Shown in pieces: positions 45,745 through 54,163 of a DNA stretch of 64,000 nucleotides. This stretch comes from Candidatus Aenigmatarchaeota archaeon (GTDB lineage: Archaea > Aenigmatarchaeota > Aenigmatarchaeia > Aenigmatarchaeales > JACQIB01): assembly GCA_016198755.1 (NCBI GenBank), contig JACQIB010000004.1:91192-155191 (forward strand), written 5' to 3'. Each line of letters opens with the position of its first letter. Positions within the stretch are counted from its first letter, which is position 1. The notes under the pieces were generated by a model. It worked only from the letters and a program-made list of their open reading frames with translations, ran no database searches and was not told the origin of the DNA. Made by a program: the position numbers and the translations under genes.

Positions 45745-46929
45745 TTAGGCTTCAAACACAACGTTATCCATTAAGACGCTTGATCCAGGGAACTGATTGC
45801 AGCTCTCAGTGTCTATATAAAATTGCATAGACTTATCAGGATCTATCAGTACATTTGACTTTGCATCCACATGGTACCAGCCATCAGTCAGCGGGGTTAC
45901 AACTGTATTATACTCCCCTGGGGTTGAAACAATATTCCCGGCTGAATCTATCTCAAACGGAAGGCTTGTATCAGATTCTCCTGTTGCAAAGAAAACTTCC
46001 ACACCGAAAGCCCAGTTGCAGATTGCTCCGCTCTCAAACTGGGGATTAAAATCAAAGCTTATATTGAAAGTTCCGGTGCCCAGTGTAGATAGATTATCAG
46101 AATATATCCTGTATGTGCCCAAGTGCTTTACTCTTAGTGAGCTGGAAGACTGCCAGCCAGCTTCCAAGGGATCATATCCCCAGTCAATTGCATCAGTTCT
46201 GGCAGTCGGATCCTGTGTCAAAGTCCATCCATCAGGTTTCTTATCATTGTTAGCTCTGCCTGTCTCAAACTTGTAATTCGAAATCCTTGAAGGCACTTTC
46301 TGTGCTGCAACACCAAAGCTTTCAGTTGATAAATGGGCAACTGTCCAGCGAGTAGAATCTTTGTTCCCATCCCCATCATTATCATACAAAACCTTCCTTG
46401 TCTCCTGCCCTGTGCTCTGCGGAGTAATAGAATAAACATGGGTTGCAGGGAGATTTGGTAAAGAAGTTAAAGCAGGTATATTTGTATAATGGTAATTTGA
46501 GGAAACAGTAACAATTTTATTGTAGTTTGCTGGATCAGAGTTTAGAACCTGTTCAGTAACAGTTATGGGAGCTGTTTCAAACCTTATAATCCATACAGAA
46601 TCTCCCGAAGGAGCCTTTATTACAAACTTTTTCTTTCCTTCCATTTTTACCCCATCAGGAACACTAACAACCTCAGCTCCCTTGCCAAGCTTTATTTTAA
46701 CCTTCTTATTCTTTTCTGTTGGATTGTGTACATATACTGTCCTGTCCCATGTAATTGGCTGGTTCAAAACAAAACCTGAAACAAGGCTGTCTGTTTGCGT
46801 GAAAGTAACCTTATTATCCTCAACCTCTGCTGCTTCTATATCATCATCAGCCAGAACAGCTGTAGAATAAGAAGCAAAAAATAGTGCAAATACAGAAACT
46901 AAAAGAAGTACACCAATAGCATGCTTCAT
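45745..46929 (-). CDS. Secreted protein with C-terminal jelly-roll/CBM-like domain (paralog B)
   Basis: The signal peptide is MKHAIGVLLLVSVFALFFASYSTAVLA. The C-terminal part is about 85-90 percent identical at DNA level to paralog A over about 100 nt (45921-46025 vs 44701-44800). Confidence 0.6.
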   Translation of the reverse strand: MKHAIGVLLLVSVFALFFASYSTAVLADDDIEAAEVEDNKVTFTQTDSLVSGFVLNQPITWDRTVYVHNPTEKNKKVKIKLGKGAEVVSVPDGVKMEGKKKFVIKAPSGDSVWIIRFETAPITVTEQVLNSDPANYNKIVTVSSNYHYTNIPALTSLPNLPATHVYSITPQSTGQETRKVLYDNDGDGNKDSTRWTVAHLSTESFGVAAQKVPSRISNYKFETGRANNDKKPDGWTLTQDPTARTDAIDWGYDPLEAGWQSSSSLRVKHLGTYRIYSDNLSTLGTGTFNISFDFNPQFESGAICNWAFGVEVFFATGESDTSLPFEIDSAGNIVSTPGEYNTVVTPLTDGWYHVDAKSNVLIDPDKSMQFYIDTESCNQFPGSSVLMDNVVFEA

Positions 46930-46994
46930 AGGATACTATTCTATAGAAATATAATAAATACACACACCCCATGACAAATAATAAAAATTTTTGA

Positions 46995-48542
46995 CTATTT
47001 TGTTATGAAACCGCTTACAACAAAATTTTCAAATCCTGAGAGGCATCCTTGGCTGTTTGAGGAAATAAACGGCACATAAAGCCTTCCATCAGGGATCGAT
47101 TCTCTGGTTTTAATTTGTATGTGCTGCCAGCCAAAGTCTGTATTTTCTATGGTTCCTGAGAAATCAGGCAAACCTGCCGGAAGCAAATCCAATGTTGTAT
47201 TTGCATTTATACCTGCAGTATAGGTTGTATCAGACTCTCCGTTTGGATAGAAAACTTCTATTCCCGCTCTTCCAATCTGGCATTGAGATTCATAGTCTGT
47301 TTTGAAATAGAAATCCAATCCAACCTGCTTATTTCCCCCCGCTTGCACCTTTCTGTACATAGTAAGCGGATTACCTGTTTTAAGAATAATCCCGCGCGAA
47401 TCCACAAAACCTTCTGTTATAGCAGTATAATTCAAATCTTCACTTTCTTCTATTCTGTCGGCATTCGCTCTTGCAAACCAGCCTTCATTTTCTAATATTT
47501 CCTTTTCTGTTTTTTTCTTTTGTTTTTGTTTTACATCCAAACTTACTGAAGCTTTTACCTTTCCCTGCACAAGGCTTGTTATAGTATAGTATTCCAGAAC
47601 CTGTTGGAATCCTTCGCTTGGCCTGAAAATAAGCCTTAATTTTCCTGTATTATTTTGTATATTGTAAATTCCCTCTCCATCAGTTCCCTCAAAAACTAGC
47701 TCTTCTTTTCCATTGAAATCCACCCAAATTGAACCTAGGCTGCCTACAATAACCTGACCTGTTGCTCCCTGCAATGTTGTATTTTCTTCTGTTGTAGTTG
47801 TTGGAACCGTGGTTGTGGTAGAAATTGTTGTACTTGTGATTGTAGTAGATGTTGTGGAAGTTGTAGTCTGGTTTTCTTGTTGTATGGTTGTTTCTGTCTG
47901 ATTGGTAAGTACCAGTGTGGTTGTTGTATTTTCTGATGTGGTGTTTTCTAAGGAAGGTATTATAGTGATGCTTGTTGTACTGGTTGTTTGGTTTGCCTGT
48001 TCCAACGTGGTTGTGGTTTCCACAATGTTTATTATCTTCTTTCCCAATGAACTGATTTTGAAAGAAAGCAACACAGGATTTTTAATCCCCTCCAAATCAA
48101 TTATAAAATCCCCCTCAGAAAATGACTTTCCAACAGGGAATTTATCTTCTTTTTCCAGCATACCATCTCCCATAGCATCCACAGAAATAACTCCCACAGC
48201 GTCTGATGTGAAGTTTAGCTCTCTTTTCTCCCCGCCTCCTATATTATTAACAAACCAGGAAATTTTCTTCCCTTCAACATACCCATCAACGGGATTTATT
48301 ATATTTGAATTTTCCGGCAGGGAAACTAAAACCGTAATATTTTCAATATTTTCCCTCCCTATATTAGAGAGTGTTACCAAGAACCCATTTTCCCCAATCT
48401 CATTTATCCCTACTGAAAGGGTCCCTTTTCCAAACAGAGAAAATCCCCCTATGCCCTCAGGTGAAAATAGCATCAAAAACCCGAATATACCAAAAATAAG
48501 GGCTAGAGACAATGTAATTTTGAACGCAAATGATTTTTCCAT
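46995..48542 (-). CDS. Secreted protein: DUF11/CARDB-like N-domain, Thr-rich linker, C-terminal jelly-roll/CBM-like domain (paralog C)
   Basis: The signal anchor is ITLSLALIFGIFGFLMLF. LVTLSNIGRENIENITVLVSLP ... ISWFVNNIGGGEKRELNFT resembles DUF11/CARDB. The linker is TTTSTTSTTITSTTISTTTTVPTTTT. The C-terminus CQIGRAGIEVFYPNGESDTTY ... GWQHIQ ... parallels paralogs A and B. Confidence 0.55.
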   Translation of the reverse strand: MEKSFAFKITLSLALIFGIFGFLMLFSPEGIGGFSLFGKGTLSVGINEIGENGFLVTLSNIGRENIENITVLVSLPENSNIINPVDGYVEGKKISWFVNNIGGGEKRELNFTSDAVGVISVDAMGDGMLEKEDKFPVGKSFSEGDFIIDLEGIKNPVLLSFKISSLGKKIINIVETTTTLEQANQTTSTTSITIIPSLENTTSENTTTTLVLTNQTETTIQQENQTTTSTTSTTITSTTISTTTTVPTTTTEENTTLQGATGQVIVGSLGSIWVDFNGKEELVFEGTDGEGIYNIQNNTGKLRLIFRPSEGFQQVLEYYTITSLVQGKVKASVSLDVKQKQKKKTEKEILENEGWFARANADRIEESEDLNYTAITEGFVDSRGIILKTGNPLTMYRKVQAGGNKQVGLDFYFKTDYESQCQIGRAGIEVFYPNGESDTTYTAGINANTTLDLLPAGLPDFSGTIENTDFGWQHIQIKTRESIPDGRLYVPFISSNSQGCLSGFENFVVSGFITK

Positions 48543-48596
48543 ACCCCAACCTCAACTATTTATACCTGTCCGCGTATTTATTTAAACAGTGGTTTT

Positions 48597-49223
48597 ATGG
48601 ACTGGAAGATATGGGCTGTTGTTTTGGTGGCTCTTGGGATAGTTGCTTCTGCTTTTATAGTTTCTTCAGGCAGTCCAAGTGGCTATATTGCATTCCCATC
48701 TTTGCCTGAGGAAAAGAAAGCAGCCTTTTCAGCAGATCTTACAGTGCGTTCATTCTCTTTGGATGCTCCGGCAGAGTTATTGACCATTGATTTCAAAGAT
48801 TCCAACTCAAGCCTTTTTGTTGGTGCAGATAAAATAGATATTCTTTCAGATACTTCTACAGGAACCCTTGTTCTGGAAAAGTTCAAAGGAAAAATAGCTT
48901 ATAATGGCCTGCTGACTTTAGTGGGAACAGCAGAAGCTGTTTCTGTTAACGGAGTAAGGTTTAAAGCCCGTTCAGTACGTTTGGAAAGCAATTCAATAGA
49001 GTTCAGAAAAGTTTCAATAGATGGGGTTTCTATCCCCTCCCTATCTGTAACAGGCTCAGGAACAGTGAATGTGAATTCAGGCAAATACTCTGCAAAAATG
49101 GAAGGGGAAACACTAGAATCCGGTCCTTTCTCCGGTAGAATCGATCTCTCGCAGAGTGACAGTTTTTATCTCTCCGGTTCTGCAGCACGTTTACATATTG
49201 GAGAGCGCGTACGCTTTGCCTAA
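48597..49223 (+). CDS. N-terminally anchored hypothetical protein
   Basis: The TM is IWAVVLVALGIVASAFIV, followed by a beta-rich region. It is transcribed divergently from the surface-protein locus across a 54-bp gap holding two TATA-like elements. Confidence 0.45.
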   Translation: MDWKIWAVVLVALGIVASAFIVSSGSPSGYIAFPSLPEEKKAAFSADLTVRSFSLDAPAELLTIDFKDSNSSLFVGADKIDILSDTSTGTLVLEKFKGKIAYNGLLTLVGTAEAVSVNGVRFKARSVRLESNSIEFRKVSIDGVSIPSLSVTGSGTVNVNSGKYSAKMEGETLESGPFSGRIDLSQSDSFYLSGSAARLHIGERVRFA

Positions 49224-49281
49224 CTAATCCGGCTTGGGTAGAAAAGGCAGCTTTATATACCACTATATAGTAATAAAATAT

Positions 49282-49536
49282 ATGGGAAATCTCTTTGTCC
49301 GCGATGGTGTTGTAGGACATCTCTCACCGCTCTTATTTCTCCAGAGCGATAAGCCTATATATTTTGATAGGAATACAGGTATGTATCATTTAATGCCAGA
49401 GTCGGAGGGTTCGCAGGTGTCTACAGGTCTAAGTGTTCTTTGTGCTCGGGGTGGAGCATACAACCTTCCCGCATTCTTAATACTTCTGGGAGGAAAAAAT
49501 CCAAGACAGTCTGGTCATAACTCTGAAGAGAAGTAA
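49282..49536 (+). CDS. Small hypothetical protein (84 aa)
   Basis: I prefer the ATG at 49282 because the TATA box TTTATATA at 49252-49259 is centred about 27 nt upstream, which matches the leaderless pattern used elsewhere in the window. No motif was recognised. Confidence 0.35.
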   Translation: MGNLFVRDGVVGHLSPLLFLQSDKPIYFDRNTGMYHLMPESEGSQVSTGLSVLCARGGAYNLPAFLILLGGKNPRQSGHNSEEK

Positions 49537-49537
49537 C

Positions 49538-49936
49538 TTACCTGTTTTCTTTTCTTTTGCTTTCTTCTTCTAACAGCTCTTTTTTCATTTGTGCCAGCTC
49601 ATCTTTCCTGCTGGTTTTCAGCAGGGCACGGAAAGGCCATGTTACAATCTTTAAAACAAAAATAGCCACGTGAGCAAACTCATACAGAAGGAACAGGCCC
49701 AGAGCATAGCCTGCAAACTGAATGCTATTTTCTATTGTTGGTGGCGGGAGCGGGAAAACTATACCCAGCTTTGCAAAGATTAACGGCGCTATATACAAAA
49801 ACCCAAACCCTGCGGCAGCAGCTATTCCAGCTCTCAGAGCCAGCTTGAAAAGCCTGTATAGTAGGAAAAGGGCAATAAAAAAGAGCAAAGCCGCTGGCAG
49901 TGTTTCTATTGGTATCCCAAAAATCTCTGCAGCCAT
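49538..49936 (-). CDS. Small integral membrane protein with charged C-terminal tail
   Basis: It has three to four hydrophobic segments followed by ELAQMKKELLEEESKRKENR. Confidence 0.45.
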   Translation of the reverse strand: MAAEIFGIPIETLPAALLFFIALFLLYRLFKLALRAGIAAAAGFGFLYIAPLIFAKLGIVFPLPPPTIENSIQFAGYALGLFLLYEFAHVAIFVLKIVTWPFRALLKTSRKDELAQMKKELLEEESKRKENR

Positions 49937-49979
49937 AACCCTCCTTTGGAAAGCTAGAATAAAAAGCTGCTTATTTGCA

Positions 49980-50372
49980 CTACATTATAATTTTGTTCAT
50001 TTCTTCTATTTTTTCGAAATCCCTGTCTGATGTAACTAGCATCATGCCATTTTCTATGGCTTGTGCTGCAATAAAAAGATCAGAAAAATGTTGGCCACCA
50101 TATTTTTGTTTTAATATAGATAATATATGAGCTGTATTTTTTGTAGTTTGTACAACTTCAAAATTTTCTATAAAAGCTAAAGATTTTTCTTTGTTGTGGA
50201 TGTGTTTTTCCCTTAAGCCGTAAATAAATTCAAAATACGAAATAAAAGAAATTTTTGGTGGTTCAGGATAGTCCACCTTCAGATTTGATACCTTTTCTAT
50301 GATACTCTTCTGTCTTCTATCCAGATCTATTACTATGGAAGTATCGAAAATAAGCATCATACCTAAAACCAT
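49980..50372 (-). CDS. vapC: PIN-domain ribonuclease toxin VapC
   Basis: The N-terminal acidic motif is MLIFDTSIVIDL and the C-terminal motif is LFIAAQAIENGMMLVTSDRDFEKI. It overlaps the upstream small gene by 10 nt. Confidence 0.8.
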   Translation of the reverse strand: MVLGMMLIFDTSIVIDLDRRQKSIIEKVSNLKVDYPEPPKISFISYFEFIYGLREKHIHNKEKSLAFIENFEVVQTTKNTAHILSILKQKYGGQHFSDLFIAAQAIENGMMLVTSDRDFEKIEEMNKIIM

Positions 50373-50599
50373 TTTTCCTTTCTAATACTTTCTATAAATT
50401 TTTTCAGATCTTCTGCTTCCTTATCTGACAAATGTTTTTCCCCATGTAATATCTTATTCCAGACTTCTTCCCTGTGTTTTGAATAGTGAGAAATCATATT
50501 TTCCAAAAGTGTTCCCATATTTATCCTGTCTTTTGCTGCCAAACTTTTAAATTCTGCCCATTTATTTTCTCTAACATTCTTTATAGTTTTTAATGTCAT
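50363..50599 (-). CDS. vapB: VapB-type antitoxin (ribbon-helix-helix-like)
   Basis: The 78-aa product begins with a beta strand plus helices (TIKNVRENKWAEFKSLAAKDRINMGTLLENMI). It lies upstream of, and overlaps, the PIN gene. Confidence 0.6.
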   Translation of the reverse strand: MTLKTIKNVRENKWAEFKSLAAKDRINMGTLLENMISHYSKHREEVWNKILHGEKHLSDKEAEDLKKFIESIRKEKWF

Positions 50600-50603
50600 A
50601 TAA

Positions 50604-50627
50604 AGTATTATAGTATTACTAGTATTT
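50604..50627. promoter_or_regulatory. Triple direct repeat AGTATT(A/T) in the vapBC promoter
   Basis: The copies are agtatta at 50604-50610, agtatta at 50612-50618 and agtattt at 50621-50627. The last merges into the TATA-like TATTTAAATA, which lies about 26 nt upstream of the vapB start at 50599. Confidence 0.45.
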
Positions 50628-50739
50628 AAATATTACCTTAATGCATGAGTTTTGCGCTCTGGAATAACAAACCAGAATACGAAATTTGCGCGGCGGTGTT
50701 AAGAAAAAGCTTTATAAACATTGTTTTCTTAGCTTTCCC

Positions 50740-51360
50740 ATGCAAAAGGCAGGTAAAGTAACAATTTTGGGCACTTCCCATATATCAAAGGAGAGTGTGG
50801 GAAATGCTGTACACCTTATTTTGGAACAGAAGCCAGACTGCGTAGCAGTTGAGCTCTGTCCTGAACGTTTTTTCTCATTAACACACAAAACAAAGGGCTC
50901 TTTTCCATCTCCATTTTATTTTTTCCTCCATCTCTTCCAGCAGTATCTTTCCAGCAAAACAGGTGTGATGGCAGGCTCTGAAATGCTTTATGCTGTTGAA
51001 GCAGCGCAGGCTGTTTCTGCTCATATAGAGTTTATAGATAAGAATATTTCAGAGACAGCAATGAAAATAAAGGCTGTTTCCGGATCAGAGAAGCTCAGGC
51101 TTTTTACAGCCCTTATTTTCTCTCCTTTAGCTTCCAAAAGCTTTAACCTGCAGAAAACACCCTCAAAAAAAGATGTTTCTTCGGCTGTTTCATACCTGAA
51201 AGAAAACTTTCCGCAGCTGCACAGTGTTTTAATAGAGGAGAGAGACAAACATATGTTTTCAAGAATATCGGAACTTAGAAAACACTATAAAAAAATTATT
51301 GTTATTGTAGGTGCAGGACACGAGGCTGGATTAAAGAAGCTTTTAAGGAGACATGCATAA
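50740..51360 (+). CDS. TraB/PrgY-family protein
   Basis: VTILGTSHISKESV lies near the N-terminus and IVIVGAGHEAGL near the C-terminus. I chose the start at the internal ATG because the TATA box TTTATAAA at 50711-50718 is centred about 26 nt upstream. Confidence 0.6.
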   Translation: MQKAGKVTILGTSHISKESVGNAVHLILEQKPDCVAVELCPERFFSLTHKTKGSFPSPFYFFLHLFQQYLSSKTGVMAGSEMLYAVEAAQAVSAHIEFIDKNISETAMKIKAVSGSEKLRLFTALIFSPLASKSFNLQKTPSKKDVSSAVSYLKENFPQLHSVLIEERDKHMFSRISELRKHYKKIIVIVGAGHEAGLKKLLRRHA

Positions 51361-51958
51361 ATCTTTAAGGGATGTTTTAATGGACTTTTCAAAAACAGAA
51401 GTCAGGGATATAATAATAGCCACATTAGTGCTGGCTTTTGCCTTCTCCGGCCTCCGTAATCTTTCATCTTTTCTTCCAAACCTGCTTGTAGTAGGGCTGG
51501 GATTTATTTTGCACGAGCTGGCTCACAAGTTTGTTGCCCAGAAGTATGGGTTTTTTGCTGAGTTTAGGATGTGGACAATAGGTCTTGCGGTAGCTGCTGT
51601 TGGAAGTTTGATTGGTTTTGTTTTCGCTGCACCCGGTGCAGTGTATATAGCTCCTGCAGTGCGCGGAAAGTTTGCATTCACGGTTCACAACATTACCCGG
51701 AAGGAAAACGGAATAATCTCTGTTGCAGGAGCTTTGGTAAATATTGTTATTGCAGGTGCATTCTTTGCTATCGGGACTTTTGTTCCTGGGCTAAAGCAGC
51801 TTGCCCTACAAGGTGCAAGTATAAACTTCTTTCTTGCAGCCTTTAATTTACTGCCAATCCCCCCATTAGACGGCTCAAAAGTTTTTGGATGGAACAAGCT
51901 TGTTTGGCTGGGAACAATAGGAATTGCAGCAGCAGGTTGGCTTTTACTGCATTTCTAA
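51353..51958 (+). CDS. M50-family (site-2 protease-like) membrane metalloprotease
   Basis: The HExxH motif is LHELAHKFVA within a TM segment, and the downstream motif is FNLLPIPPLDGSKV. It overlaps the TraB-family gene by 8 nt. Confidence 0.7.
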   Translation: MHKSLRDVLMDFSKTEVRDIIIATLVLAFAFSGLRNLSSFLPNLLVVGLGFILHELAHKFVAQKYGFFAEFRMWTIGLAVAAVGSLIGFVFAAPGAVYIAPAVRGKFAFTVHNITRKENGIISVAGALVNIVIAGAFFAIGTFVPGLKQLALQGASINFFLAAFNLLPIPPLDGSKVFGWNKLVWLGTIGIAAAGWLLLHF

Positions 51959-52345
51959 TTACTTCCAGCCGGTTCTCAGAATCAGGCCCAAAGAAACAAT
52001 AAATCCTCCAACCCCGAAAGCAACTGCAACATTAGCCAGGAAAAGGGAAAAGAATTCAGGCATTTTTACAAATGTTGTCAATAACAGCACAACTATACTC
52101 AACCCTATAACACCCAGCAGGAAAGCTGTCTCCTCATTTTTCCTAATATTATAGACTGCAAGATAGGCTCCTGTAAGGCCTAACAGGAGTGTTGCAGTAG
52201 GCGCAACGAAAACTGCTTTTATAGCTGCCTCAGCACTGCTAGCTCCCCAGCTCTGTATTGCAGAAACAATGAAAATCGCTATAAAAGCTATATCCCCCAG
52301 CCTGCGTTCCCAGTCTCCAACAAGTTTCTCCCCGCGCAACGCCAT
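51959..52345 (-). CDS. Small integral membrane protein
   Basis: The 128-aa product has four hydrophobic segments and no recognisable motif. Confidence 0.45.
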   Translation of the reverse strand: MALRGEKLVGDWERRLGDIAFIAIFIVSAIQSWGASSAEAAIKAVFVAPTATLLLGLTGAYLAVYNIRKNEETAFLLGVIGLSIVVLLLTTFVKMPEFFSLFLANVAVAFGVGGFIVSLGLILRTGWK

Positions 52346-52407
52346 AGCTATAATGTTAAGAAAGCCAGAATATAAGCTTTAAAAGGATTACCTTTAAGTG
52401 ATAAATT

Positions 52408-54069
52408 ATGGGAACTATCGGTATTAATGTAAAAAAGGTTGCGAGCTCCTCCTCCATGGGGCAGTTGGCTAGGTATTTCCAGTTCCAGCCCGGAAAACTT
52501 GTAAGGGAAGATGGAGTTTTTATTGTTTATGTTCCCCCTTCTATGATTCCCAAAAAAGAGAAAGAACAGGAACTTGTTGACTCAATGGGAATTTTTATTG
52601 AGGATGTGGAAACCAACAGAAAGGAAAATAGAAGGGGGGTTTATGAAGATATTCTTTCTTCCAGAAAGCATGAAGGCAGGGGAACATATCAGTGGGTAAC
52701 TGGAAAAAACCCTGCAGATGTTTCGGGAGGTTTTTCTCCTGATATGAAGCAGATGATAGCTCGTTATCTTTCGCAAAACCCACGTCCAACAGATAATTAT
52801 GATCTTGCCCAGGAGTTGGGAGACGGAACTGCAAAGGTGCCTCACAATCTTGTACAAAAAGCACTGAATGAACTAAAAGAAGAAGGGTTTATAATGAAGG
52901 GTTCTGAAAAATCTGCTGTTATAGATTATGGGAAAAATATTTTTGGGAGTGATGGTGCAGAGCTTTTTGAAGCCTATATGGAACCGGATTGGAAGGGAAG
53001 GAAAATAGACAGTGAAGCTCAGGCAAGGGCAAAGGCTGTTCTTAATTGCAGGGTTCAGGAACTTTCAGCAACAAATGCGATAAGGGAATTGGCGTTGGAT
53101 GAAACACTGAATCTTATAGAAGGTGGATTTAATAGAGAAGATATTTTTGCAGAGGATTTGTCAAGTCTCATAAGAAAAGGGCAGTTGGGACTGGCTTATA
53201 CAAAGATTGTAACTGAAATAGGAAGATTAGAAAGGCTTTACGATCCAAAGCATATAGAACATTTGGAAGAGCTGAGGGACAGGGAACTTCCAAGGCTTCA
53301 GGCAGCTGTTGGTGCACTGGAAGATTATGCGAACAGGGAAGCTGCAGCTAGGAAAGAAGGACGCAGACTAAGGGGAAATTTGAGCATGATTAAAGGGTCT
53401 TTAAGGTCTGCAGAAAGAGCCGTTGATTCTATAAAATCTGACAAGTCAACGCCTCCGCAGTATTTGGAAGATATTGGATATGCTTTAACACATTTATCAG
53501 AAACCGTTGAGAAGGCAGTCAGAGCGCAGGAAGTTAGAACAGCAGGAGTTTTGCCTGCTGTGCTTAGGTTAAAGCCATTGATAGGAAGACTGGCAGAACT
53601 TGTTGACGGCAAAGAGCCTCCGGGAAAGTTAAAGATTCTTAATGATGTAAGAAAAGCTGTGGCTGCTCTGGATTCTGTATATGGAATAAGAAAAGGGTTT
53701 TATACAGATGCACAGGGACTTTTTGACAGGAGTTTTATTTTGAGACATTTTAATCTGCCTGAAGTGCAGGGTGTTATATCCGGAATGCGGGAGTTGGGAG
53801 AGGGTATGGACTCTGTGGAAGTTTATGTGCTGCGCGGGATTGGAAAAGTCGAGAAACATAGAGGTGTTATGGAGCTGCATTCTGTTTCTGAAGCTGAAGC
53901 TGCAGTATTGGGAGATTTTGGAGGAAGAGCACATATAAACTCTTCTGAAATGCCTCCGGAAAGCCTGCATACAGTGGAGTCACTTCTGTTGGCCTTGGAT
54001 GAGCCGGGTTTCCCGTATGTTATTAAAGCAAAAGAACAAATTAGAACAGAAGAAGAGAAGAAAAAGTAG
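52408..54069 (+). CDS. Cytoplasmic helical/coiled-coil hypothetical protein with a possible wHTH segment
   Basis: It has no signal peptide and no TM. DLAQELGDGTAKVPHNLVQKALNELKEEGFIMKG resembles a winged helix. A long Arg/Glu/Leu-rich helical region follows. The TATA-like CTTTAAAA at 52377-52384 is centred about 27 nt upstream. Confidence 0.45.
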   Translation: MGTIGINVKKVASSSSMGQLARYFQFQPGKLVREDGVFIVYVPPSMIPKKEKEQELVDSMGIFIEDVETNRKENRRGVYEDILSSRKHEGRGTYQWVTGKNPADVSGGFSPDMKQMIARYLSQNPRPTDNYDLAQELGDGTAKVPHNLVQKALNELKEEGFIMKGSEKSAVIDYGKNIFGSDGAELFEAYMEPDWKGRKIDSEAQARAKAVLNCRVQELSATNAIRELALDETLNLIEGGFNREDIFAEDLSSLIRKGQLGLAYTKIVTEIGRLERLYDPKHIEHLEELRDRELPRLQAAVGALEDYANREAAARKEGRRLRGNLSMIKGSLRSAERAVDSIKSDKSTPPQYLEDIGYALTHLSETVEKAVRAQEVRTAGVLPAVLRLKPLIGRLAELVDGKEPPGKLKILNDVRKAVAALDSVYGIRKGFYTDAQGLFDRSFILRHFNLPEVQGVISGMRELGEGMDSVEVYVLRGIGKVEKHRGVMELHSVSEAEAAVLGDFGGRAHINSSEMPPESLHTVESLLLALDEPGFPYVIKAKEQIRTEEEKKK

Positions 54070-54163
54070 TATTTTTACTACTGTATAGTAAAAAGATGAC
54101 CTATTAAATAGTTTACGGATTCAAGTTTTATTACTACTATTAAAAGATAATAGTGATTTGTAT

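Noticed and set aside
44520-46929. The paralog pair with a near-identical C-terminal segment might be a diversity-generating retroelement (template/variable repeat).
   Set aside because: No reverse transcriptase gene is present, and the differences between the two copies are not biased to adenine positions.
47902-48585. A 227-aa ORF on the plus strand lies opposite the 515-aa surface-protein gene.
   Set aside because: It is the antisense reading of the Thr-rich linker, which gives Val/Ser/Phe runs. It has no promoter or start context, whereas the minus-strand gene has a signal peptide and paralogs.
49290-49540. This somewhat GC-richer 250-bp stretch might be a structured ncRNA such as SRP RNA or RNase P RNA.
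   Set aside because: I could not find convincing long-range helices or conserved motifs by eye. An in-frame ORF with a correctly spaced TATA box explains the region at least as well.
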